Part shown: piece after piece, positions 32,165-46,738 of the stretch
Layout of the letters: every line of letters begins with the position of its first letter
Position numbering within the stretch: position 1 is the first letter of the stretch
Assembly (NCBI RefSeq): GCF_009914755.1
Contig: NC_060934.1
DNA: 64,000 bases
Strand: one strand, 5' to 3'
From: the human T2T-CHM13v2.0 reference genome, Homo sapiens
Translations under genes and position numbers: made by a program
Notes under the pieces: model-generated
What the model saw: the letters and a program-made list of their open reading frames with translations, nothing else
Told to the model about the DNA's origin: nothing
Databases searched by the model: none

Positions 32165-35100
32165 AAGTTTGCAATGGTTTAATGTTATTGCATTTGCAAA
32201 TTAAAGCATACCAAATGTTACACGCTTGCAGTCTTGAATTCATCTTTTCAAATTTTCTCACCTTATACAAAATAACCTCTTAACCACCTCCACTCCCCCT
32301 CCGCCCTTTCTCACTTCTGGTAGAAAAACTGCAAGCAGGATTGTTCTGTAATAGAAACCTTACACTGTCTTCCAAACTTATTACAGCTGCCTTCAGTATA
32401 AAATGAAACCTTAGAGAATGTTATTTAAAATGTTTTTAAAAAGTCAGTAGGTCTCATGTTTCATTTCTCCACATCAGGCTTTGATTTCCTTTGCAACCTT
32501 ATTCTCTGCCCTTAAACAAGTCGGAGGAGGAGGCCTGGACGTCTTGGAAAAGGGCCCAGGATGCCAGCATCTGCCGAACGCTGCGCTCCTCCTCTCGAAC
32601 CCTTCAGCGATCCACCACCCCTCGGAATCCCTAAGAACCTCAGAAACAGTGAACAGTAAGTGGATGACAGCGCCTGGACTCCTTTCCTAACTTCTGAAAA
32701 ACCGAGGTGATGGCAGGGTGCAGATGGTGGACGAGGATGCAGGCTGGGCAGAGTGGGGGCCCCCTTCGTGGCCTGGCCCAGCGGGCACTACGGCAGAGAC
32801 AAAGGGGACGATGACCCAAAGAGCTCATGTGTTCTCCCCACCAGGAACCTCCCCGGTCCCTGGGCAAACCAAACCCCTCAAGTTTGCAACTTTTTTGCAA
32901 CAAACTGATATAAAAAGAATCCCCTGATGTATTATCTCTGGGCGAGAGACTAAAGCCCAGTGCTAGTTCATCTCTTCTTCTATGTGATAACAAAAATCAC
33001 ATCTTCTCCACCAGGAAGGACAGGAAGGATTTACAGTTTTAGGCAAGATTCTCTTCTAGCATGTTTAACTCTCAGATATTATATAAAACAGATTTTCCTT
33101 TTTACAAAGGGAGTGAGATAAACACATGGAAAATAGGCTGATGAGTAGCTCCTCTGTTTACTGTAATTTTAATTACATATATACACATATAAGAATAGAC
33201 GTTCTGAGGTTCAGCAGGTTGCAAATGCACAGTGCATGGACCTGGAACAAGATGAGAACCTTCAAAAGAGTGATTGGAAGGTGGCTGTGTGAATTCCAAA
33301 TTAAGACGGAATGGAAAGCAGTCCAAAGGGTGCGGCCACTGCTGCCGGGACAGTTGGCTGCACTGCTGGAATGAGGTTCCACCAAATAAACGCGTAGTAA
33401 ACACAGGCTGAAGTGCTTTAAAAAATACATTCTCTCCCAGCGTTCTCTCTCTCTCACTCTCGGTCTCGCCCCCTTTCTTCAAGTGTCCACTCTACTAAAG
33501 CAGAAAGCCCAGCTGCTAAGAATTGAAATATCAGGATGGGCTCTGTCAAGCCCTGCTCTGTAGCTGGGAGCCATAACCCACCTAAAGACTGCAGCAGGAA
33601 AGCACAGCCTGCTTCCTTCCAAGAGGTCATTATTGAGGGAGAGAGAGAGAGAGAGAGGAAAAAAATACCTGAGTGACAAAGAATAAATCTTTGTTAATTG
33701 ACCATTGAAATTTTATAACATGCCAGTCCTCCTCTGGACATAGTAATATGTTTGCTCATAAGAGATCTACAACTTTTGCTCTGACATAGCAAAGGCCATA
33801 AAAAATGTCCACCGAGCCGAGAGGCCTCATGTCTACAGGCTCAGTAAACATGCATCCCGGGGATCAGAAGGAGAACCAGGCTCTTAAATTACACCTATAA
33901 ATTAATCAAGCACAGAGTGGCTGGTTTCCCGGCTCACACTGGTCTCCTGAGCATTTCTCCCCAAAAGTTAGGCAGTACTTGCCACAAAGAGCCATTTCAA
34001 AGCCACCTCTCTCCGGCAGTCACACACCAAGAGACTCGAATCACACGGAGTTCCCAGTATTGATCTGGAAACAGCCAGTCTCCTGCTCTCAGGCCCCCAT
34101 TCATGTAAGGAGCGTGGATAACCTCGCTTGCTCTGTCTTTAAATTAAAATCAAAATTTAATTACCTTTCCTCCAAAATGGCAGTCTCTTAGCAACGCCAA
34201 AGAGCTGAAAAGGGAAAGAACATTCTGCGATTTGGAGGACAAGTGAAAACAACTGAGAATTCTTTTTCTAAAGCCTGCCTAGCTTTTTTCTAAAGAGTAG
34301 GCGGTGGTTGCTTTTGTTGCATAAAAACGCACTAAACCAGTTAGCATGAGGCATGGTTATTAGGAGGAGGAGGAGGCCGATCAAAGCTCTCTGAAGTCTG
34401 AGGAGCCCAGAACTTGCTAAAGGCCCCACGCTAATTACAATTAGTAGAATGAGTTCATTGCCTTGTCAAGACTCCACCTAACGCACTCAAGCCTGACAGG
34501 CTAAATCTCGTTGGGTTCTGAGTTTTGTTTTGTTTTCCCAGAAATACGAAGCTTTCTCCAGCTTCTGAAGATCAGCACAAAGGAAGGTCAGAACTAAAAA
34601 TGATTAGCAGAAAAAGGGAACGCTATGACGGCCAGGAAGACCACCTTCAGAAAGAGCCCAGGTGCCCACAGCCAGTATCTTGGCTTGTCACCTCCTAGAA
34701 TAGATGAGTGGGCTGGGATGCTGGGCACCCAGAATCACCTGTTTTGTTTTGTTTAAACACATTTCTGTGGAAGGTCACTGGTTTGTTGCCCTTTCTCCCT
34801 CACAGGCTTGGCACATGCTCGTTTTGTTCTTTCCTCTTCGCTGTCTGGTCACCCAGGTGTCCGCATCTTCCGTCTGGATATCTGACTCTCGGAAGTCTTG
34901 CAGAATCGGCTGGGGCTCCCACTTCCTCTAAAACACACACGTCTCTTTGCAGAGAGAGTGAAGTCTGCGGAACAAACTTGTTTGGGTAAAAATGAAGTGT
35001 CCTCCCTCCAGCACTAAAGTCACAAAGTGACTTATGGAGGCTGCACCCTGTGAAATGCTAGAAGCAAAACACCACTAATGCCTTTGTGCTTGCTCGATGA

Positions 35101-35166
35101 AGTGAAGAAGAGAGTAAAGTGCTGGCTGGGCTCAGGGCCTGGGAAGACCAAAGCAGGTGGAGGCAA

Positions 35167-35240
35167 AGTACCTTCCCTAATTAATGTTACAGGCTGTATT
35201 ATTAGTACCTTCCCTAATTAATGTTACAGGCTGTATTATT
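35167..35240. repeat. 37-bp perfect tandem duplication
   Basis: agtaccttccctaattaatgttacaggctgtattatt x2. Confidence 0.97.
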
Positions 35241-35454
35241 TGGCTTGGGGTTGAGTGGCTTCTACCAGCTGGGTATCAATTTGGGTCTTCTTGGGCGAAT
35301 TACAGGAGTAGGGCTGTGTGTTATTTACACCCCAAGTGTTTAAGACACTCTGAGCTCTCTGCCTTCAAAAAGTTTCACCAGAACTGAAGATTCTTTGGTA
35401 ACCAGAGAGTTATTATGCCAAATTTACGTTCGAAATTGGTCTCTTTTGCTAAAA

Positions 35455-35612
35455 GGAGTCATGGTTTGGGGATGATGGAAAAGTCCTGGAGATGAACAAT
35501 AATGATAATTGCAAAACAAATTGAATGTACTTAATGTAAATGAATTACACATTCAAAAATGGTTACAGAGGTATATTTTATGTTATGTATATTTTACCAC
35601 ATTTTTTTTTAA
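35455..35612 (+). mobile_element. L1M 3' end fragment
   Basis: ggggatgatggaaaagtcctggagatg...tatgttatgtatattttaccac. Confidence 0.65.
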
Positions 35613-36738
35613 AAAGGAGACATAACAAAGGTGACAATATCTCAGAGTGAACAAGATCAATTTCTAGGGTCATGGAAAACCTACCTTCTCAATCAGCGAT
35701 GTATATTGACCTTGTCCAGTTTACTCAGTGAGAGCTTTTCTATCTCCTGACCCACACACACTAGGCAGGAGGTCCCTCCCTAGGTTGTGCTTGGGTTTTG
35801 ACACTGATGTAAAACTCAGGCGTCAGTCTCCCAGGCTCCCTCCCGAGGAGCTGAGGTAAACACAGCTGAGAGCGTTCATGCCTGGGAGTCACGTCAGAGC
35901 CTCAGCAGCCGCCACTTGCCATAGGGGTGCAACATCTTTCAGGAATGCAAGATTATCAGCTGGTGTCTGCATAGCTGGGTTTCCTTCAGGGGAAGAAAAT
36001 GTTTCCTTCGAGCTGGAAAAGTTTGTTCTTTTTTAATGTCCAGGAATTAGGTATACCCTCTTATTACAATGGGTGAACTCCCAATTAGAGTATCTTCTCT
36101 CAAATGATTTGCAAAGAAGCTAAAAACCAAACCACAGGGGAGCCCTCCGTCAAAGACAGCAACCACTCCAAGTAAGTAAGGCCCCTTAGCTTTAAAACGT
36201 TTGACTGAAATCTATCAAAAACGATCCAGTTAACCAACCTTTACAAATCTGTCCTAGAAAAATATTCACACAGATGCCCAATAAATAAGTGTGGACAAAG
36301 CTTGTCGCTGTAGGGTTTTTTTTACTGGAAAACAAAAGATCTGCACAACAATCATATTGTTTAATATGATTAAACGAATTGTACTACATCCGTGAAAGAA
36401 GAGCATATTGGCCACTAGTAAGAATGAAGGAGATTGAGATGTGCAGACATAGAGGGATGTCCATTGTAAAAATGCTGGCAGGTTTCATCAACCTTCACCA
36501 TCTAAAAAGCCTTTCTTCTAGAGAAGTCTAGAAAATCTATCATGCTCATCTCTCTCACATGCCTTGTTTTGCTCCTAGGGCGGTTCGAGCAGAAGTAAAA
36601 GCTTTCAGCCCATCTGAGCAAACAAGAAATGCCTCCCTTTGATAGGAATAACATGAGAGGCTGAACAATAAATCCCATTTGTTTTCTTGGAGATGAAACT
36701 CAGAAACTGAAAATAATCACGGTTCTAGATACTTCTAA

Positions 36739-37421
<683 letters not shown>

Positions 37422-38339
37422 AAAATGTAAAATTTAAAGGGCTAAGTCCTTTACCTTTCAGTTTCAGTCCAGAGTGTACACTGAACCAGTAAAATGAAAA
37501 GTTCCTTTTTCTAATAGAGCATAATTTCCAAAAGATCCTACTAGAATAATATTCAATGTTTGTCTCTCAAAAGACCACAATCTCCCTGATCCAGTGGGGA
37601 ATATGTCTGGGGCACCATTTGACCTGTAGATTTGCATACTTATTTGGGATGGACAGAATTCCTGCCAGCCTTGTTTGAGAGAATCCTGTAATCCAGAGGC
37701 TTTGAGAAAGAGAGAAAAAGTTGGAGTTCCATCAAGATCTAGAAATTTCCATCCCAATTTATGGTCTTCGACCTCAAAATGTGACCTGAGGAACTCCATG
37801 AGGGCAAAGCCTTATACCTCATTCAAGTGACTGTCACCCTCTCGACCACATAAAGGCTGCGTGAGCGTGCCACGTGCTTCAAGGATAGAGAATTAACCAC
37901 TGCAACTCAGCAAATACACAAAATCCCAGCTAGAGAGCTCTGCTCTATTTTCTCCCTCCAAGCCAAAGCAATGAGGCTCCCATTGCCTCATCGCCTCATC
38001 TGTCTCTTCTCAGAAGAGGAAACAGAACAACCTCCCCACAGCAACACCGACACCCTTGGCCATCTATTTCCCACAGACACCCACATTTGACCAGCTATCA
38101 TGAAAGACGCACAGTGGTTCTCTGATGCCACCCTTCCAAATCTCTAAGTAAGGAGCACATCCTACCTGTAGGTAGAACCCTACAGCATCCTACCTTCTCT
38201 GACTGTGAAAACAAACCAAGCATGAAGACCATGAATACAACAGCCGGGTCTCCTAAGGGAGAGGGAATCCGTGAAAGCAAACCAACAGACACATCTTTTA
38301 AAAGGGGAAGAACACACAGCATTCCACACTCACATCTTA

Positions 38340-38639
<300 letters not shown>

Positions 38640-41118
38640 CTTCCCAACTGAGGTCTTTCGGTTTACAAAGGCAGCCGTTGATAAAGCCACATGAGTAAAT
38701 GAGTTTAGAGAGAAACTCTAATTTCTTGCTTCAGAATTTGCAATGTTAAGAACCACAAAACTCCAAATATAAGCAACTTATTAAACTGTTTTTTGATTAT
38801 TTCAATTCAGCACACGCTGATAGAAACCTCGCTAAGTTCCAGCACATTACTGCACACTCTTACTGCCATCACTAAATTGACATTTCATGGCAAGTTTATT
38901 TGCCCAAGCTCTGACAGAAGCAGCTTTCTCTCTGCCCCATCCTCACCTGAATCTCCAGGTAACCTCTTCTTACATAAAACTGTAAGATATTAACTTGATT
39001 TTAACACTTCTACATCCTCTTTGCCCACACCATAAATGAAATGCCAAGATTAAATGCCAGACCAAATATTAGCCCTCTCTCCAGCCACCTCACCCAGGCC
39101 CCCTGCAAGAATCGAAAGCAATCAATAAGGCTTCCTTCCTCAATGGTGGGGCAAAGGACAACGGGTAGCCTGCAGAGAATGTGACAAAAAAGCTGACATC
39201 GCAGAGTTCTACCATGCCCCATCCAGGCTGGCGTGTGCCTGCTCCCACCCCAGGGAGCTGGCACCCGCAGAATACCACCTGCTCCCAAAGGCTTCTTGCT
39301 GGGGTCAGTTCTGCGGGAGAGTCTGTATTTGCCAGTCAGTACGTTTGGAGTGATCTAGCTGCCACTAACCAGCCTTTGCCCCCCGGGATCCCTGTTGTGA
39401 AACAGGAATGAAAAGCTGCTTTGTAGCAATCAAAAGCTCATTAAACAGTAGCTACCAAAGGAAGTTTTGAAATCTCTATCCTGGAGGAAAGGACAGGACT
39501 GACCCCTCCTTTCATCAGGATGGGCTCAGGGTGCACGGCTCTGTCTGGAGATGCAAGAGGAAGTATGGGACCAACGCACAATAACGACTAACAGTTGCAT
39601 GGTACTATTATTTAAAAGCGCTGCCTCTCCTACCACCTCCTCCTCCCCATAGTGCTACAAGGAAACAGTCATCACCCCATTTTACAGGCAAGGAAACTGA
39701 GGCTCAGAGGTTCCATGCCTTTTCTAAGGCCATAGAGTTAGCAAGGGTGGAAACAGAACTTGACACCCCTCTCCACGTAATTTCCACCTGAACCTCCAGA
39801 GAGGGCATCTGGCACAGAGTAGAGACCCTTAGGGGTTGTCTGTGACAGCGATGGTTTATAAGAACAGGATGAGATGGCTGCTGGGGACACGAAAGCGGCA
39901 AAAGGAAGGTGCTTCCTCCTCAACTCCGCTCCGGTTCCGTGATCTGTCAACTAAATAAGCCCACTTAGAAAGGCTGTCGCTGTGACCCATTACCTGGCAC
40001 GCCACCCCAATCCCTTCTCAACAGAGGGGCTTTCTGCCCCCCTCCGGTGAGATTTCGCAACTCTAGAGCTGGCATGCAGAGCCCGTGTCAGGGTAGGACA
40101 CCAAGTCTTACACTCAGAGCAAGAAATGGAAAAGAATTCACTGGCAGCAAAGTCAGGAGTATGGAAAATCAAATGAGCCCTGGCCAGGAAGCCTCTAAGT
40201 CAAGAGGCTTCAAGTTCAGAACCCCACAGGGCTCTACGGAGCCGAGACCTTGTGCCAGGAACAGGTACAAGCATGACAACCTAAAAGGTAATGGTCAGGC
40301 TTTCAATATCCTAACGTCTCTGGACGTGCAGAATCATGTCATTTAAATGATGCCACCACAGCCACTCCTTATCACACACAGAAACAAAAATTCCATCCAG
40401 AAGCCACAGTGTGATGGAAGCCGAGACTGAGATGCAGCCTTCCATCACGAGCAAGTGAGCAGGAATGACTGAATCTTGACAGCTTCAGTAATGAATTAAC
40501 AGGTTAATTAATTAACTAGGCCACCGCTTCTTCATTTACTTAACCACTACTTTGTTCCCAACCCAGGAGACAGTCCAAACTTCACACTCCAGCTGTGGTT
40601 TGAGGGACTCCGCCGTGCCTCCGTCCCCTGGCCCCAGCTCAGCTATCACACTGGAGCCTTTGTCTTCCTGGGACAGAGGCTGCCCCAAGCAGTCAACAAT
40701 TTCAGCCATTCCTCCTTCTTCCACTGGGGATGGGCTGCCAAAAGCTCCCAAAACTCCCTTCCAGGTGTCAACTCCACATTCGAGCTTATCAGTCAGTGCT
40801 TGGAATAAAAGACGCTTCATTCTTGAACACACACCTGAGGGGGGACTTCGCTCTGGTACGGATTCCTGTGCGCTTTCAGGCTGTGTCCTATCATGTCTGG
40901 GGCTGAGTTACAACAGATTTATGTCAAGGGCTAGTTGACAGTGCCATGCTGATCTGCCGCCATCAAGTCAGGGCTGGTAGTGATGCCTGACCCATCCAGA
41001 AGTGACATGCGGCCTCTGATGGGCCCCCAAACAACAACTGCCTGCTGCTTACAGCTTTCATTTGAAGGGATGCGGACAGGCAGGGGGAACAAATTTCTGG
41101 AAAGTTAAACTGATAAAA

Positions 41119-41410
41119 GACCGGGCACGGTGGCTCATGCCTGTAATCTTGGCACTTTGGGAGGCCGAGGCGGGCGGATCACTCCAGGCCAGGTGTTCGA
41201 GACCAGCCTGGCCAACATGGTGAAACCCCATCTCTACTAAAAACTACAAAAACTAGCTGGGCATGGTGGCACATGCCTATAATCCCAACTATTCAGGAGA
41301 CAGAGGCAGGAGAATCACTTGAACCTGGGAGGCAGAGGTTTCAATGAGCCAAGATCATGCCACTGTACTCCAGCCTGGGCAACAAAGCAAGACTCTGTCT
41401 CAAAAAACAC
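41119..41410 (+). mobile_element. AluS-type element
   Basis: Full dimer. Confidence 0.9.
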
Positions 41411-41708
41411 AAGGAGTGGAGAGAAGACATATCTGGCCTTGACAAAACCAGAGGCACCATTTCCACTTCCACTGTACTTTGCCCCCAAAATATCAAATGC
41501 CAGGCAAAAAGCTTGACATACCTGAGGGTCTCTGGAAATGCAGAACTGGAATGCCCAAAAGAAGCAATAATTCACGATTCAAAGCCAAATCGTCTACATG
41601 AGTGAGGAAGAGCAACTAGTCTTTTAAGGTCCCATCTTTCTCCCGCACATTCTGTCTTCTGCAGCAAAGAACTGAAAGCAGGGTGGGGTGACAGCAGCAC
41701 CTCCTTAG

Positions 41709-42706
<998 letters not shown>

Positions 42707-42889
42707 CCAAAATGGCATTCTGTTTGTTTAATAAGACTTCTGATTGAGACTAATAAAAGCTATTAAAGATCCATTCTAACCCTCAAAAGAATCCTGGTTT
42801 GGAAGGGAGGAAACCAGCATTTGTTGCTGGCCACCTACCTGCCAGCCTGATGTTTTCATCTGCTAACCCAACTGATGCCTCGTAACTAA

Positions 42890-43316
42890 TGTAGTGAGCT
42901 GAAGGGTGACCTTTGAGAAGGTACGTCCACGTCCTAAGCCTTGGAAACTAGGAATGTGACCTTATTTGAAGAAAAAGGTCTTTGCAAAAGTACTTAAGTT
43001 AAAAATATCAAGGTTAGCTCATCCTGGATTTACGGTGGGCCCTAAATCCAGTGACAGGTGTCCTCACAAGAGGAAGACAGAAGGAGATTTTGAGACACAC
43101 AGTGAGAACATGACTACATGAAGATGGAGGCAGAGATTGGAGCGGTGCCTCTACAAGCCAAGGACAGCTACCAGAAGCTGGGAGAGGGGCGTGGAACTTG
43201 CCAACACCTTAATTTTGAATTTTTAGGCTCCAGAACTGTAAGAGAATAGATTTCTTTTGTTTTAAGCCAATTAGTTTATAGTAATTTGTTAGGGGTACCC
43301 TAGGAAACCTAATACA
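42890..43316 (+). mobile_element. MLT1 (ERVL-MaLR) solo LTR
   Basis: TG...CA ends; aatgtgaccttatttg, ggtgggccctaaatcca, ctccagaactgtaagagaata, ttgttttaagcca hallmarks. Confidence 0.8.
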
Positions 43317-46300
43317 ACCATCATAGGAATGAGGTAAGTATCATCATTCCGATTTTACTGATGATAAAACAGAGCCTCAGAAAAGCTAAATAATTTGTCC
43401 CAATTCACTAGGGGCCCCAGGTATGGCCACGGACAAACCTGCTGTTCATTCCACGGCATAAGCCGCTTTTTTTGTTCTAACATTCATGAGTTCCAGTTCC
43501 TTCATTTTTGGACACAAGGAAAGTGCAATGAGTCATCCCAGCATTGTAGCTTCACAGTGACAGGACCTCAGTCAGAATCCAGGGCTCTGGTACCACTCAA
43601 TGATGAACGATGGTGAAGGCTCGCCACCTCCCGGAGCCACAGCTACTTTAGGGGAGCCCATTTTATTATCGCCACAATTACCAAAACGTGGAGCATCACA
43701 CTAATTTTCCCTTGCAGTAAATAGCTGAAAAGTAATGGTGTCAATTTTAATGAGGATCAAGCCAGGCTCCTAAAAGGGCTCCCATAAATGAAAGCATTTC
43801 CCTTACACACAACAATGGCTTGCCGTTTAATTCTAGAACACAAGAATGTCACTTAAATTACACGGCTTTTACATTAAAGTGCTTATGGGAATGCCTTTCC
43901 AAGGAAGAATTTCAATAAAAAGATCTCACCCATCTTGATGCTTCATAATATCTGAACCACAATCTATGTATCATAGAAACAAAAATAAAACCCCAAAGAA
44001 TGTGGGCAAGAATGGGACTTCGCTTTCACTGGGAAAGGGTTTCTGATTTTCTGTGAAACAGAGAGGTGGCTGAAAAGCTGTTATCACACAGCAGTGTATC
44101 ACATTTGGGCCTGTGGGCTACCAGAAATTCACTGCTTAAGCTTGAATCCTTTTTGTTTCCACTTGCTGAGATGTTCAGAATGACTGCCAACCCTGTACGT
44201 CTATATGAGCCTCTTTAGCTGACTCAATTCTTATTTTATTAGTGCTTCGCAAAGCAATTACTAGGGTTTTGAGCAGAGATGAGAGTATTTCACACTTCCA
44301 TCTTTACTGAAAATGCCTTTTACTCCACTGACTTTTGGCTTCTATTTATAAAGAAGGTTCAAGGCTTGGAAAATTATTGGAGTTGAGCTTTAATGGATAT
44401 TCCCAACCAGCATTGTGTCATTATTGGCCCGTGTTTAGCTGGGCGATCTCCCAAATTTGTGACATAATCAGGCCTCTCTCTGCATTACTCCATACACTCC
44501 ACGCTCTCTCTACATTACACCACTGAATCATACGCTCTTTTCAACAAGACTGATTGCCAGGGGATTAACATTAGACAGCACAATTCCATTATTCAGCAGC
44601 CCAATTCAAATCCCAACCCTAAACTCTAAGAGAGATTTCAGGGCTTCACAGGGATGAGCCGCCAGAAAGCTCAAAGGGGAGGTGGGGTGAGGGGCTTTTG
44701 AATGTTTTACATAACAACTCAACCTAAAACTTGCTTTAAGCAAGAGCCCAGACCGGAGTGGCCGCCATCTGACTCCACGATGCCTAGAATGGCCCCAGCC
44801 CAGCCTAATGAATGATTTGTAGACCTATGCAAAGCTATAATCCCAAAAGACTGCTATAGCTCAATTATTTTTTCCCACAATAAATTACTTAATTTCAAAA
44901 TTAGGTATTTAGAACATTTAGCCCAAAATCTCTCTTTCCCTAAATAGAAATAGTTTTACGTCACATTCGGTACACACAGGAACCCAGGTAAAGGCCAAGT
45001 CATATGCTCTTTGATCAATGGATTTACAGTGTATCAATGCCAACACAAATGTTAATCATTTTCTTCTCAAATTTGAGTGTTACTTCTCTTTTTGTTTGTT
45101 TTGTAAAATATCTGAACATGGTAATTCTCACTAAGAAACATGCCACATGTTTTCTCTATGGGGAAAGAGCTCTAAAACTCACTCTTTTATGAATATCTAT
45201 AGGATCAACATTATTCAAGGACCTATCAAATTTCACATGAAGGCTTCTGAAGAACAAAACTCAAATCTTCGAATAAACACTATTTTCCCTGAATGCTTAT
45301 ATGCAAATGGAAGTAATGGTTATATCATGCTTTCTAAGGCAGAGTGTCTCGTAGATCCAATTCCATTTAACTTGACAGAAAATCAAAATAGTTTTGTTTA
45401 CTTTTCAGTTAACCTAAAATTTTAATTAACCAAATCTTTGCAATTTGGTTAATCAAGCTTTTGGATTATTTTTTTAGTGGCTTTTTGGGCAATTCCAATA
45501 TGTAACGGGGTCTCCCTCTTCAAAGATGTTTTATTGAAGGAGACCCACACATGAGATGATACTAGGCACACACGCACAGGCTATGATGTAGGAGACACTT
45601 CGTTTACAGAGGCACAGTGGGTGGTGTGGGCTTGTGGAATTACCAACAGTCACATTACGGCAAAACGTGAGTGTGAACTGAGTTGAGTCTACAGCAGAAG
45701 ATAGCAACCTGTATTTAGGGGAGGACAAACCAAAAGAAAGGGCTCAAGGTGGCAGGTTGAAAGTCAAGGCACATGACAGGAAAGAGAAAAGATGGCCCCT
45801 ACATGGAAGGGATCTTAACCTGCCATCCTGCAACAATGAAGTATGTCTTGGGTAGAGTTCCATATGTTAGCAATCCTCCAAGACACAGAAACCTCCTTTC
45901 TTCATTAGTTACAACAAAGCCCCATCATCACAGGCAAAACCTGGGAAGAAACTTGAATTTCCAAGACAACAGGCGAGGTGGTCTTCAATGTTTAATTAAA
46001 ATGGCCTACTTATCTGTGCACTCTGACAAAAATGTATTTATAAGCTCATATACATGGTTCCCTTTGCACAGAGGAAATAGATGCCAGGAACAGACACTGA
46101 ATTGGTACCGTCTAATGACTTTCTTGTGATGGAAGTGAAGGGCCCTCAACATTCACCTTTTTCCAGCCAGCCACAGGCTCAGTCCTCAGACCTTTTCCTT
46201 TACTCTTCAGCTGGCCTTCTACAGTTGCCCTGTTGGGGAAATGATGCTTCTCTTTTAAAACCAAAGGTCTGCTACAGCACATCTGTACCCTTTTCACCTG

Positions 46301-46407
46301 CCCAATTAACATTTTCAGAGTAATCTCAGCTTCCAAAATGTCAGACATTTCATACCACGTCCACTTTACACAGATGACGCTTGGGAACCATGAGGATCAT
46401 GCAAAGC

Positions 46408-46424
46408 TCATAAACCCTGGCTGC
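46408..46424 (-). CDS. FGFR2: Alternative terminal exon coding part (GSQGL-stop), soluble truncated FGFR2 isoform
   Basis: Acceptor ttctgttttccag|GCAGCCAGGGTTTATGA after a 181-nt intron from exon 6; phase 1 match gives ...DVVGSQGL*; matches my recollection of a K-sam-IV-type isoform. Confidence 0.7.
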
Positions 46425-46555
46425 CTGGAAAACAGAATATTGTCAGATGACAGAAGCAGCCTTGTAAAATGATAGTAGAAAGAATAAGAATGAACCAATT
46501 CTCCTGAAACTTATGGGAGAAACAGGACTTAACGTTCATGCTTTCAAACGAGTCA

Positions 46556-46738
<183 letters not shown>

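Noticed and set aside
45425-45453. 11-bp perfect hairpin (attaaccaaat / atttggttaat)
   Set aside because: AT-rich and short; plausible by chance in 64 kb and too small for a pre-miRNA.
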